Part shown: positions 33,514 to 47,000 of the stretch, in pieces
Layout: every line of letters begins with the position of its first letter
How positions within the stretch are numbered: position 1 is the stretch's first letter
NCBI GenBank assembly: GCA_040954595.2
Contig: CM082582.2
Location: forward strand, 2,030,303 to 2,094,302
Reading direction: 5' to 3'
DNA length: 64,000 nt
Source: Balanoglossus misakiensis
Lineage: Eukaryota > Animalia > Hemichordata
Program-made: the position numbers and the translations under genes
Notes under the pieces: model-generated
What the model saw: only the letters and a program-made list of their open reading frames with translations
What the model was told of the DNA's origin: nothing
Databases searched by the model: none

Positions 33514-34035
33514 TCATTTTTCCGTTTGCTGTGACATTTGTCTCCCTGTGAGAGTTTAAGTAAATGTAGAGTCACGCAGATTAGGCAACATCAATATCCC
33601 ATACGTAATTCAGTGTGTTTTGTTCGCGTTTTTGGTTTTCATTTAGAAAATGAACAAAGGACTTTCCTATCATTGACCAACACTCGTATGAATACATCCA
33701 AATTACCCAACTTTAATTTTCCTTAAAGAATTGGTCAGCTCTGCGAATATATTTCACCTGACCACTTCCTTTGCTAAGGAAGAGTGTTGTTTATGTAATA
33801 ATATTTTTATAATATTTATAACTTATGTAGCACATTAAATCTCAACGTGCTTTAAGTTGTCCCATGGTCATTTGAGCTAGGATGTTGGACCTAAATATTC
33901 CATTCAACTCCCTGGGGAGCAAACAACATCTCACCATCATTAGAAATGCCAAATTACAGTGCTTTTGGCCACGTATTAACCTGGGGATTTACAGTTAACT
34001 TTAAATACACACGCATATGCATTTAATCCCCATGT
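33514..34035. repeat. Paralog of the satellite lead-in (37618-38130), ending in a partial 195-bp monomer
   Basis: Shared sequence from TCATTTTTCCGTTTGCTGTGACATTTG through CACCATCATTAG.AATG.CAAATTACAGTGCTTTTGGCC to GCATTTAATCCCCATGT. Confidence 0.85.
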
Positions 34036-34036
34036 G

Positions 34037-34379
34037 AGGGACAAAGTCTCTCTCTCGCTGCCCTTTTTCCCATATTATATTTGATAAGAGACACCGTTTG
34101 TTATTCTACATGTGGATATATAGCGAATGAACGTTCAACCACACACAACTTCCATCCCTCTTATAGACAGGAGAGTGAAAAACTCGCCAAAATGAATAAT
34201 CGTTCTTTACCATTTATTCATTTTGGGCGAGTTTTTACTCTCATATCGTACAAACGAGACGGAAGTTGTGTGTGATCGAATGTTGATTCACCATATATCC
34301 ACATGTAGAATAACATCAATGGCGTCTTGTATCATACATAATTAATTGAAAAAAGGCAGCGATGAGAGACTTCGCCCCT
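34037..34379. mobile_element. Fold-back (fully palindromic) MITE-like element, ~340 bp
   Basis: Paired blocks TCGCTGCC/GGCAGCGA, TGTTATTCTACATGTGGATATAT/ATATATCCACATGTAGAATAACA, CACACACAACTTCC/GGAAGTTGTGTGTG and AAAAACTCGCC.AAAATGAATAA/TTATTCATTTTGGGCGAGTTTTT. Confidence 0.8.
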
Positions 34380-34449
34380 TTAAACAATTGGTCAGCTCTG
34401 CGAATATAGTTCACCTGACCACTTCCTTTGCTAAGTAAGAGTGTTGTTT

Positions 34450-34808
34450 ATGTAATAATATCAATATAATATTTATTACTTATATAGCACATTATGCAAT
34501 AAATCTCAATGTGCTGCTTTGAAGTGTTTCCCATGGTAATTTGACCTAGGTCGTTGGACCTAAAATATTCCATTCCACTCCATGGGGAGCAAACAACAGC
34601 TCACATGTGCAGCTTTTATATCAGCAAAGCAGACCTATACATACACATTACAATATCCGATCCACCAAATGACCCTTTTCTTATAGGCGGGGAGAGGCAA
34701 GGAGATGTAAATTGCCTTGCCAGAGGACACAACACCACAACCATGCCAGGGATCAAACTCTTGATTCTTTGATTATGGGTCTGATGCTCTAACCACTGGA
34801 CTATGACA
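34450..34808 (-). mobile_element. tRNA-derived SINE (decayed); partial copies at ~33795-33930 and ~37895-38028
   Basis: The minus-strand head has an A-box-like TAGTCCAGTGG and a B-box-like GAGTTTGATCCC, then TTGTGTCCTCTGGCAAGGCA, a conserved body and an AT-rich tail. Confidence 0.7.
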
Positions 34809-35583
34809 TTAATTTAAGGCCATCGCTTTCGTCAATTCCCCTGCGCTCCCCCTGGTAGTTTACGTCCAGTCCCTTACTTGTAATTGTCTTTGTTTGGCAA
34901 CTGCAGGCCAAAAAGTTTTACTACCATGAATAAATCTACCCTAATCGATTATTCATAAAAGTGCAACGTTTTTTTTGGAACTACTGTCGACATTGTAAAA
35001 ACCCCAGGTAGTAACTTGGGGGTGAAAAAAGGCAACTCTCAGTAGCTCCTGGGAACAGTTCAATTTCATGGTCATATCATTAAATGTGCTGGTCCAGTGA
35101 AAAAAAATGGGTCTCATGAACGTTCCCGAATTCATGACTCATCGCCAAGGTCCTTGGAATGAAGCACATTTTAAAACAGGCAACTGGTCTGGTCTTTTGC
35201 TTTGTCAACTTTCGACAAGCTTTAGCCGTGCATGCCCTGTAAGTCACAATGCACATTAGACATCAACATTACTTTAGAACATGGTGAATTTCACACAGTG
35301 TGTAGGTTATATTATTGACTGCTACAATATTTTCAGTGTTTGGGTGTAAAATGAACCCAGGTAGCTGGCAGTTGAAACACTACTGAACAAACAGTTTCAT
35401 GTCAATGTAATCCAGACATTATCACTGAAGAGGTGTGAACGAGCGAAGACATTCAGGAGGCTCCTCTGTGCAAACACTGCCCTTGGCTACCAGCTGTGAA
35501 GTGATATGATAGAATTGTACCACATCAACTAGCAAGGCCCTGCACTGTAAGATGTTAAGTGTTATTTTTTGTGTGTTTTATTT

Positions 35584-35960
35584 GGTCCCATTTGTATAGG
35601 TATATACAGTGGGACCTTATGGATTTGGTTGCGTCTGTATGTATGTATGGACATATGGACGGATAGATGGATGTATGTCCGTACACATCAAAAACTTGAA
35701 AACCGTTGCGCCAATAACCTCGATATTTGGTGTGTAGATGCATGCTAGGCTGTAGATGGGAGTTTGTTCAAACGAAGTTGTCATTGCCAAAAATATATAC
35801 AAATTAGCTGGGAAAACCTTAATTTGGTCAAAACTCAGAAACTCGACAAGTCCTGGTCATATTGATTTGAAAAAATGGTATGATAGTACCTTATATTAGC
35901 CTCACACATTTCTGTATGTTTTAAGCTAATAGTGTGAATTTTCTACTTGTTATGCATTTT
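35584..35960 (-). mobile_element. 3' part of a HINE/DINE-1-like element related to 2705-4303
   Basis: Terminal hairpin GGTCCCA..TGTATA..TATACAGTGGGACC (35584-35616), a (TATG/GATG)n tract and reverse-strand homology to ~3900-4303, with a T-rich flank. Confidence 0.7.
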
Positions 35961-36594
35961 TTTGTCTTTTTCCACATTTTTGGTAAAAAATCAACTTTTC
36001 TGGAATTGATCAGCCGACTTCTGTGAAATTTACTATGGAGCTTCATATAGGTGATCTGAGTTACATGATGGATACCAACGTAAAACCACATATTGCCACC
36101 AGTCAAATATGTTGAAAACAGTGTCATATTTGCTACCGAAACAGATCCTACTGTATCCTTTAACACCCCATTAGGGAACATGTATTCAAAGCATAGTAAG
36201 TTTCCACAGGGGGAAAAATACATGCAGTAAATGTCACAGTGCATTGTTAACAATGCATAAATTAGATAATTAAGTCAAAGGCTGACATTTCTCACTGTGT
36301 GTGACCAGGGTATCATTTTAAACACAGACTGGACTTTGAGTATTGTGTCCAATGGAAAAAATACATCAGCATCTACGTCTGCAAAAAAGGTGTCAGAACT
36401 GACATATCTTATCATGTATGCCATCGAACTCAAATGATAAAATCTTCCTTTCATGTGACCTGTCTGGTTAAAGTTTACTGCCAACATTTCACCATGCTTT
36501 ACCCACCCAAGACACAGTGTGTCAAATCCAATATTTGGTTCAATGAATGAACCATGAAAGTTTCCGAATTGGTACTACCCGAAAACGTCACATC

Positions 36595-36930
36595 AAGCTA
36601 AATTTGGAATTTGGATGGGGTGGGGAGGTAAAGCTTATCTAACATATAGTCGTTTAGATTTAACACTATGCCTGTGAGTTACATGTTAATATTTTCTGCA
36701 TGTCTGTCGCGTACAATGCGTCGGTGCGCAAAAATGATCACAGGTACTATTCAGAAGAATTCCGCTGATTCATGATGACTATGTGCATGGAAAAACCCTG
36801 ATTATGATCTAACTGATAAACAATAGCATGATATTAATAAAATATACACATTAACCAATGAATGAACCATCATGAAGATTGTGCCCTAACACTTATTTAA
36901 GCTTTTATCACTATTATACCTTTGTCATTA
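36595..36930. repeat. Dispersed repeat, direct copy at ~54687-54970
   Basis: Shares AAGCTAAATTTGGAATTTGGATGGGGTGGGGAGG, TTTTCTGCATGTCTGTCGCGTACAATG and CACATTAACCAATGAA. Confidence 0.8.
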
Positions 36931-38029
36931 CTAAAGATATGAACAGCCCTGTACACCAAAGCTATCACCATATTTGTTAACCTTTATTACACCATTCATA
37001 TGAAACCATTCACCATCATCAACCTCTATTATATTCATTGTTTTGCCCATTATAATCTGTGTACCCTCAATTTTACCACAAACCATCACCACATCAGTTA
37101 ACTGTTTATTAAACACTTCCACATGTGTTGCCCATTATTATACCATTGAAATTTGTAAATCGATCATTATACCTATCATACAAGCAATTGCTGATTGCTG
37201 TTAACCCTTGTGTACCACAAGCCATTATCATGAAATAGGCAACATGAATTTCACATAACACAGTTTGTCAGCTCTGAAAATGAAGTTATCATGATCATTA
37301 TCTATGCTAATTAAAAGTGTACGTGGCAAATTGACCTTAGCAGGCGCTGCCTTATTAAGCTCAAAGTCAGAGTATAAATAAATGTACAGGCGTGTAAATT
37401 AGACAACATCAATATAACGCAGATAACACAGTTTGTCAACTCTGAGAATATTGTTCTCAGGACCATTTCCTATGCTTAATTAAAGTGTTGTGTATGTGGT
37501 ACAGTTTGGATTCCTTGTCAGATTTCCTATAACACAGGTCGTGAGCCCCGAAAAGTACCATAACACAATTCTCATGAACATTTTCCATGATCAATAAAAG
37601 TGTTGTGTGTAGCATAGTCATTTTTCCGTTTGCTGTGACATTTGTCTCCCTGTGAGAGTTTAAGTAAATGTGGAAACACGCAAATTAGGCAACACCAATA
37701 TCCCGTACATAATTCAGTGTGTTTTGTTCGCATTTTTGGTTGCCATTTTGAAAATGAACAAAGGACTTTCCATTGACCAACACCCGTATGAATACGTCCA
37801 AATTACCCAACTTTAATATTCCTTAAATAATTGGTCAGCTCTGCAAATATTTTTCACCTGACCACTTCCTTAGCTAGGTAAGAGTGTTGTTTATGTAATA
37901 ATATTAATATAATATTTATAACTTATGTAGCACATTAAATCTCAACATGCTTTAAAGTTGTCCCATGGTCATTTGACCTAGGTCGTTGGACCTAAACATT
38001 CCATTCAACTCCCTGGGGAGTACAGCTCA

Positions 38030-41000
38030 CCATCATTAGCAATGTCAAATTACAGTGCTTTTGGCCACATATCAACCTGGGGATTTACAGACAACTTAAA
38101 ATCCCCCTCAGCATGCATTTAATCCCCATGTCAAAGTGCAGAGCTTGCATCACCATCTACCCCTTACAGTACTTATGGCCATGTATTAACCTAGGGATTT
38201 ACAGTCAACATTAAATACCCATGCATATATTAACCTGGGAATTTACATTCAACATTAAATACCCATGCACATGCATTAAATACGTATGCCAAAGCGCAGA
38301 GCTTGGATCACCATCTACACTGATGCATCATTAGGCTTGCTACGCCATTTCCCCTAATGCAAAGAATCACATTCAATGTCACCATTGTATTAGCTATGTC
38401 AAATTTCAGTGCTTTTGGACTTGTATTAACCCAGGGATTTTCAGTCAACTTTTAATCCCCATATGCATTTAATACCCATGTCAAAGTGAAGTGTTTGCAT
38501 CACTATCTACCGGGATGCATCATCAAGCTTGCATCGCCATTTACCCTGATGCAAAGAATCAGATTCAGTGTCACAATTTCATTAGCAATGTAAAATAAAA
38601 TTGCTTTTTGCCAAGTATTAACCTGGGGATTTACAGACAACTTTAAATACCCATGTATATACATTTAGTACCTATATCAAAATGCTTAGCTTGCATCACC
38701 ATCTACTCAGATGGATCATTAGGCTTGCTACGCCATTTCCCATAATGCAAAGGATCAGATTCAATGTCACCCTTACATTAGCAATTTTAAATTACAGTGC
38801 TTTTGGAGATGTATTAACCTGGGAATTTACATTCAACATTAAATACCCAAGCACATGCATTAAATACCTATGTCAAAATGCATAGCTTGCATCACCGTCT
38901 ACTCCATTGCATCATTAAGCTTGCTTTGCCATTTGCCCTAATGCGGAGAATTACATTCAATGTCAACATCGCATTAGCAATGTCAAATTACAGTGCTTTT
39001 GGACGCGTATTAATCCAGGGATTTGTAATCAACTTGAAATCCCCATATGCATTTAATGCCCATGTCAAAGTGAAGTGTTTGCATCACTATCTACCATGAT
39101 GCATCATCAAGCTTGCATCGCCATTTACCCTGATGCAAAGAATCGGATTCAATGTCATCGTTGCATTAGCAATGTCAAATAAAATTGCTTTTGGCTACGT
39201 ATTAACCTAGGGATTTACAATCAATTTTAAATCCCCATATGCATTATATTCCAAGTCAATGTGAAGGGCTTGAAACACCATCTACCCTGATGCATCTTCA
39301 AGCTTGCTTCACCATTTACCCATATTCAATGTAACCTTTGCATTAGTAATTTTAAATTACAGCGCTTTTAGCCATGTATTAACCTCGGGATTTAGAGTCA
39401 ACTGTAAATATCAATGCGTATGCATTAAATACCCATGTCATAGTGCAGTGTTTCCATCACTGTTGACCCCAATACATCATCAAGCATGCTTCACAATATG
39501 CCCTGATGCAAAGAATCAGATTCAGTGTCACCATTTCATTAGCAATGTCAAATTATAGAGCTTATGGCCATGTATTAACCTGGGGATTTACAGACAACTT
39601 TAAATACCCATGTATATACATTTAGTACCTATGTCAAAATGCTTAGCTTGCATCACCATCTACTCAGATGGATCATTAGGCTTGCTACGCCATTTCCCAT
39701 AATGCAAAGAATCAGATTCAATGTCACCCTTACATTAGCAATTTTAAATTACAGTGCTTTTGGAGATGTATTAACCTGGGAATTTACATTCAACATTAAA
39801 TACCCATGCACATGCATTAAATACGTATGCCAAAGCGCAGAGCTTGGATCACCATCTACACTGATGCATCATTAGGCTTGCTACGCCATTTCCCCTAATG
39901 CAAAGAATCACATTCAATGTCACCATTGTATTAGCTATGTCAAATTTCAGTGCTTTTGGACTTGTATTAACCCAGGGATTTTCAGTCAACTTTTAATCCC
40001 CATATGCATTTAATACCCATGTCAAAATGAAGTGTTTGCATCACTATCTACCGGGATGCATCATCAAGCTTGCATCGCCATTTACCCTGATGCAAAGAAT
40101 CAGATTCAGTGTCACCATTTCATTAGCAATGTAAAATAAAATTGCTTTTTGCCAAGTATTAACCTGGGGATTTACAGACAACTTTAAATACCCATGTATA
40201 TACATTTAGTACCTATATCAAAATGCTTAGCTTGCATCACCATCTACTCAGATGGATCATTAGGCTTGCTACGCCATTTCCCATAATGCAAAGGATCAGA
40301 TTCAATGTCACCCTTACATTAGCAATTTTAAATTACAGTGCTTTTGGAGATGTATTAACCTGGGAATTTACATTCAACATTAAATACCCAAGCACATGCA
40401 TTAAATACCTATGTCAAAATGCATAGCTTGCATCACCGTCTACTCCATTGCATCATTAAGCTTGCTTTGCCATTTGCCCTAACGCGGAGAATTACATTCA
40501 ATGTCAACATCGCATTAGCAATGTCAAATTACAGTGCTTTTGGACGCGTATTAATCCAGGGATTTGTAATCAACTTGAAATCCCCATATGCATTTAATGC
40601 CCATGTCAAAGTGAAGTGTTTGCATTACTATCTACCATGATGCATCATCAAGCTTGCATCGCCATTTACCCTGATGCAAAGAATCGGATTCAATGTCATC
40701 GTTGCATTAGCAATGTCAAATAAAATTGCTTTTGGCCACGTATTAACCTAGGGATTTACAATCAATTTTAAATCCCCATATGCATTATATTCCAAGTCAA
40801 TGTGAAGGGCTTGAAACACCATCTACCCTGATGCATCTTCAAGCTTGCTTCACCATTTACCCATATTCAATGTAACCTTTGCATTAGTAATTTTACATGG
40901 CTAAAAGCGCTGTAATTTAAAATTACTAATGCAAAGGTTACATTGAATATGGGTAAATGGTGAAGCAAGCTTGAAGATGCATCAGGGTAGCTGGTGTTTC

Positions 41001-44000
41001 AAGCCCTTCACATTGACATTGGAATATAATGCATATGGGGATTTAAAATTGATTGTAAATCCCTAGGTTAATACATGGCCAAAAGCACTGTAATTTAAAA
41101 TTGCTAATGCAATGGTGACATTGAATGTGATTCTTTGCATCAGGGCATATTGTGAAGCATGCTTGATGATGCATTAGGGTCAATAGTGATGGAAACACTG
41201 CACTATGACATGGGTATTTAATGCATACGCATTGATATTTACAGTTGACTCTTAATCCCGAGGTTAATACATGGCTAAAAGCACTGTAATTTAAAATTAC
41301 TAATGCAAAGGTTACATTGAATATGGGTAAATGGTGAAGCAAGCTTGAAGATGCATCAGGGTAGATTGTGTTTCAAGCCCTTCACATTGACATTGGAATA
41401 TAATGCATATGGGGATTTAAAATTGATTGTAAATCCCTAGGTTAATACGTGGCCAAAAGCAATTTTATTTGACATTGCTAATGCAACGATGACATTGAAT
41501 CCGATTCTTTGTATCAGGGTAAATGGCGATGCAAGCTTGATGATGCATCACGGTAGATAGTGATGCAAACACTTCACTTTGACATGGGCATTAAATGCAT
41601 ATGGGGATTTCAAGTTGATTACAAATCCCTGGGTTAATACGCGTCCAAAAGCACTGTAATTTGACATTGCTAATGCGATGTTAACATTGAATGTAATTCT
41701 CCGCATTAGGGCAAATGGTAAAGCAAGCTTAATGATGCAATGGAGTAGACGGTGATGCAAGCTATGCATTTTGACATAGGTATTTAATGCATGTGCGTGG
41801 GTATTTAATGTTGAATGTAAATTCCCAGGTTAATACATCTCCAAAAGCACTTTAATTTAAAATTGCTAACGTAAGGGTGACATTGAATCTGATTCTTTGC
41901 ATTATGGGAAATGGCGTAGCAAGCCTAATGATCCATCTGAGTAGATGGTGATGCAAGCTAAGCATTTTGACATAGGTACTAAATGTATATACATGGGTAT
42001 TTAAAGTTGTCTGTAAATCCCCAGGTTAATACATGGCCATAAGCTCTATAATTTGACATTGCTAATTTTAAATTACAGCGCTTTTAGCCATGTATTAACC
42101 TCGGGATTTAGAGTCAACTGTAAATATCAATGCGTATGCATTAAATACCCATGTCATAGTGCAGTGTTTCCATCACTGTTGACCCTAATACATCATCAAG
42201 CATGCTTCACAATATGCCCTGATGCAAAGAATCAGATTCAGTGTCACCATTTCATTAGCAATGTCAAATTATAGTGTTTATGGCCATGTATTCACCTGAG
42301 GATTTATAGTCAACATTAAATACACATGCATATGCATTAAATACCTATGTCAAAGTGCAGAGCTTGCATCACCATCTACTCTGATGCACTATTAGGATTG
42401 CTACGCCAGTTCCCCTAATGCAAAGAATCACATTCAATGTCACCATTGCATTAGCAATTTTAAATTACAGTGCTTTTGGCCATGTATTAACCTGGGTATT
42501 TACAATTAACTTTAAATCCCCATATGCGTTATATTCCAATGTCAATGTGAGGGGCTTAAAACACCATCTATCCTGATGCATCATCAAGCTTGCTTCACAA
42601 TTTACCCTAATGCAAAGAATCAGATTTAGTGTCACGGTAGCATTAGCAATGTCAAATTACAGTGCTTTTGGCCACTTATTAACCTGGGGATTTACAGTCA
42701 ACATTAAATACCCATGCATATGCATTAAATACGTATGTCAAAGTGCATAGCTTGCATCACCATATACTCCGATGCATCATTAAGCTTGCTTCGCAATTTG
42801 CCCTGATGCAAAGAATCAGATTAAATGACACCGTTGTATTAGCAATGTCAAATTACAGTGATTTTGGATTTGTATTAACCCAGGGATTTACAGTCAACAT
42901 TAAATACCCATGCACATGCATTAAATACCTATGTCAAAAAGCATAGCTTGGATCACCATCTACACTGATGCATCATTAGGCTTGCTACGCCGTTTCCCCT
43001 AATGCAAAGAATCACATGCAATGTCACCATTGTATTAGCTATGTCAAATTTCAGTGCTTTTGGACTTGTATTAACCCAGGGATTTTCAGTCAACTTTTAA
43101 TCCCCATATGCATTTAATACCCATGTCACAGTGAAGTGTTTGCATCACTATCTACCGGGATGCATCATCAAGCTTGCATCGCCATTTACCCTGATGCAAA
43201 GAATCAGATTCAGTGTCACCATTTCATTAGCAATGTCAAATTAAATTGCTTTTTGCCAAGTATTAACCTGGGGATTTACAGACAACTTTAAATACCCATG
43301 TATATACATTTAGTACCTATATCAAAATGCTTAGCTTGCATCACCATCTACTGAGATGGATCATTAGGCTTGCTACGCCATTTCCCATAATGCAAAGAAT
43401 CAGATTCAATGTCACCCTTACATTAGCAATTTTAAATTACAGTGCTTTTGGAGATGTATTAACCTAGGAATTTACATTCAACATTAAATACCCATGCACA
43501 TGCATTAAATACCTATGTCAAAATGCATAGCTTGCATCACCGTCTACTCCATTGCATCATTAAGCTTGCTTTGCCATTTGCCCTAATGCGGAGAATTACA
43601 TTCAATGTCAACATCGCATTAGCAATGTCAAATTACAGTGCTTTTGGACGCGTATTAACCCAGGGATTTGTAATCAACTTGAAATCCCCATATGCAATTT
43701 ATGCCCATGTCAAAGTGAAGTGTTTGCATCACTATCTACCGTGATGCATCATCAAGCTTGCATCGGCATTTACCCTGATACAAAGAATCGGATTCAATGT
43801 CATCGTTGCATTAGCAATGTCAAATAAAATTGCTTTTGGCCACGTATTAACCTAGGGATTTACAATCAATTTTAAATCCCCATATGCATTATATTCCAAT
43901 GTCAATGTGAAGGGCTTGAAACACCATCTACCCTGATGCATCTTCAAGCTTGCTTCACCATTTACCCATATTCAATGTAACCTTTGCATTAGTAATTTTA

Positions 44001-47000
44001 AATTACAGTGCTTTTAGCCATGTATTAACCTCGGGATTAAGAGTCAACTGTAAATATCAATGCGTATGCATTAAATACCCATGTCATAGTGCAGTGTTTC
44101 CATCACTATTGACCCTAATGCATCATCAAGCATGCTTCACAATATGCCCTGATGCAAAGAATCACATTCAATGTCACCATTGCATTAGCAATTTTAAATT
44201 ACAGTGCTTTTGGCCATGTATTAACCTAGGGATTTACAATCAATTTTAAATCCCCATATGCATTATATTCCAATGTCAATGTGAAGGGCTTGAAACACCA
44301 GCTACCCTGATGCATCTTCAAGCTTGCTTCACCATTTACCCATATTCAATGTAACCTTTGCATTAGTAATTTTAAATTACAGCGCTTTTAGCCATGTATA
44401 AACCTCGGGATTTAGAGTCAACTGTAAATATCAATGCGTATGCATTAAATACCCATGTCATAGTGCAGTGTTTCCATCACTATTGACCCTAATGCATCAT
44501 CAAGCATGCTTCACAATATGCCCTGATGCAAAGAATCAGATTCAGTGTCACCATTTCATTAGCAATGTCAAATTATAGTGTTTATGGCCATGTATTCACC
44601 TGAGGATTTATAGTCAACATTAAATACACATGCATATGCATTAAATACCTATGTCAAAGTGCAGAGCTTGCATCACCATCTACTCTGATGCACTATTAGG
44701 ATTGCTACGCCAGTTCCCCTAATGCAAAGAATCACATTCAATGTCACCATTGCATTAGCAATTTTAAATTACAGTGCTTTTGGCCATGTATTAACCTGGG
44801 TATTTACAATTAACTTTAAATCCCCATATGCGTTATATTCCAATGTCAATGTGAGGGGCTTAAAACACCATCTATCCTGATGCATCATCAAGCTTGCTTC
44901 ACAATTTACCCTAATGCAAAGAATCAGATTTAGTGTCACGGTAGCATTAGCAATGTCAAATTACAGTGCTTTTGGCCACGTATTAACCTGGGGATTTACA
45001 GTCAACATTAAATACCCATGCATATGCATTAAATACATATGTCAAAGTGCATAGCTTGCATCACCATATACTCCGATGCATCATAAGGCTTGCTTCGCAA
45101 TTTGCCCTGATGCAAAGAATCAGATTAAATGACACCGTTGTATTAGCAATGTCAAATTACAGTGATTTTGGATTTGTATTAACCCAGGGATTTACAGTCA
45201 ACATTAAATACCCATGCACATGCATTAAATACCTATGTCAAAAAGCATAGCTTGGATCACCATCTACACTGATGCATCATTAGGCTTGCTACGCCATTTC
45301 CCCTAATGCAAAGAATCACATTCAATGTCACCATTGTATTAGCTATGTCAAATTTCAGTGCTTTTGGACTTGTATTAACCCAGGGATTTTCAGTCAACTT
45401 TTAATCCCCATATGCATTTAATACCCATGTCACAGTGAAGTGTTTGCATCACTATCTACCGGGATGCATCATCAAGCTTGCATCGCCATTTACCCTGATG
45501 CAAAGAATCAGATTCAGTGTCACCATTTCATTAGCAATGTCAAATAAAATTGCTTTTTGCCAAGTATTAACCTGGGGATGTACAGACAACTTTAAATACC
45601 CATGTTTATACATTTAGTACCTATATCAAAATGCTTAGCTTGCATCACCATCTACTCAGATGGATCATTAGGCTTGCTACGCCATTTCCCATAATGCAAA
45701 GAATCAGATTCAATGTCACCCTTACATTAGCAATTTTAAATTACAGTGCTTTTGGAGATGTATTAACCTGGGAATTTACATTCAACATTAAATACCCATG
45801 CACATGCATTAAATACCTATGTCAAAATGCATAGCTTGCATCACCGTCTACTCCATTGCATCATTAAGCTTGCTTTGCCATTTGCCCTAATGCGGAGAAT
45901 TACATTCAATGTCAACATCGCATTAGCAATGTCAAATTACAGTGCTTTTGGACGCGTATTAACCCAGGGATTTGTAATCAACTTGAAATCCCCATATGCA
46001 TTTATTGCCCATGTCAAAGTGAAGTGTTTGCATCACTATCTACCGTGATGCATCATCAAGCTTGCATCGCCATTTACCCTGATACAAAGAATCGGATTCA
46101 ATGTCATCATTGCATTAGCAATGTCAAATAAAATTGCTTTTGGCCACGTATTAACCTAGGGATTTACAATCAATTTTAAATCCCCATATGCATTATATTC
46201 CAATGTCAATGTGAAGGGCTTGAAACACCATCTACCCTGATGCATCTTCAAGCTTGCTTCACCATTAACCCATATTCAATGTAACCTTTCCATTAGTAAT
46301 TTTAAATTACAGTGCTTTTAGCCATGTATTAACCTCGGGATTAAGAGTCAACTGTAAATATCAATGCGTATGCATTAAATACCCATGTCATAGTGCAGTG
46401 TTTCCATCACTATTGACCCTAATGCATCATCAAGCATGCTTCACAATATGCCCTGATGCAAAGAATCACATTCAATGTCACCATTGCATTAGCAATTTTA
46501 AATTACAGTGCTTTTGGCCATGTATTAACCTAGGGATTTACAATCAATTTTAAATCCCCATATGCATTATATTCCAATGTCAATGTGAAGGGCTTGAAAC
46601 ACCAGCTACCCTGATGCATCTTCAAGCTTGCTTCACCATTTACCCATATTCAATGTAACCTTTGCATTAGTAATTTTAAATTACAGCGCTTTTAGCCATG
46701 TATAAACCTCGGGATTTAGAGTCAACTGTAAATATCAATGCGTATGCATTAAATACCCATGTCATAGTGCAGTGTTTCCATCACTATTGACCCTAATGCA
46801 TCATCAAGCATGCTTCACAATATGCCCTGATGCAAAGAATCAGATTCAGTGTCACCATTTCATTAGCAATGTCAAATTATAGTGTTTATGGCCATGTATT
46901 CACCTGAGGATTTATAGTCAACATTAAATACACATGCATATGCATTAAATACCTATGTCAAAGTGCAGAGCTTGCATCACCATCTACTCTGATGCACTAT

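Noticed and set aside
34735-34808. tRNA gene
   Set aside because: The A/B boxes are degenerate and continue into a SINE body; no convincing cloverleaf forms.
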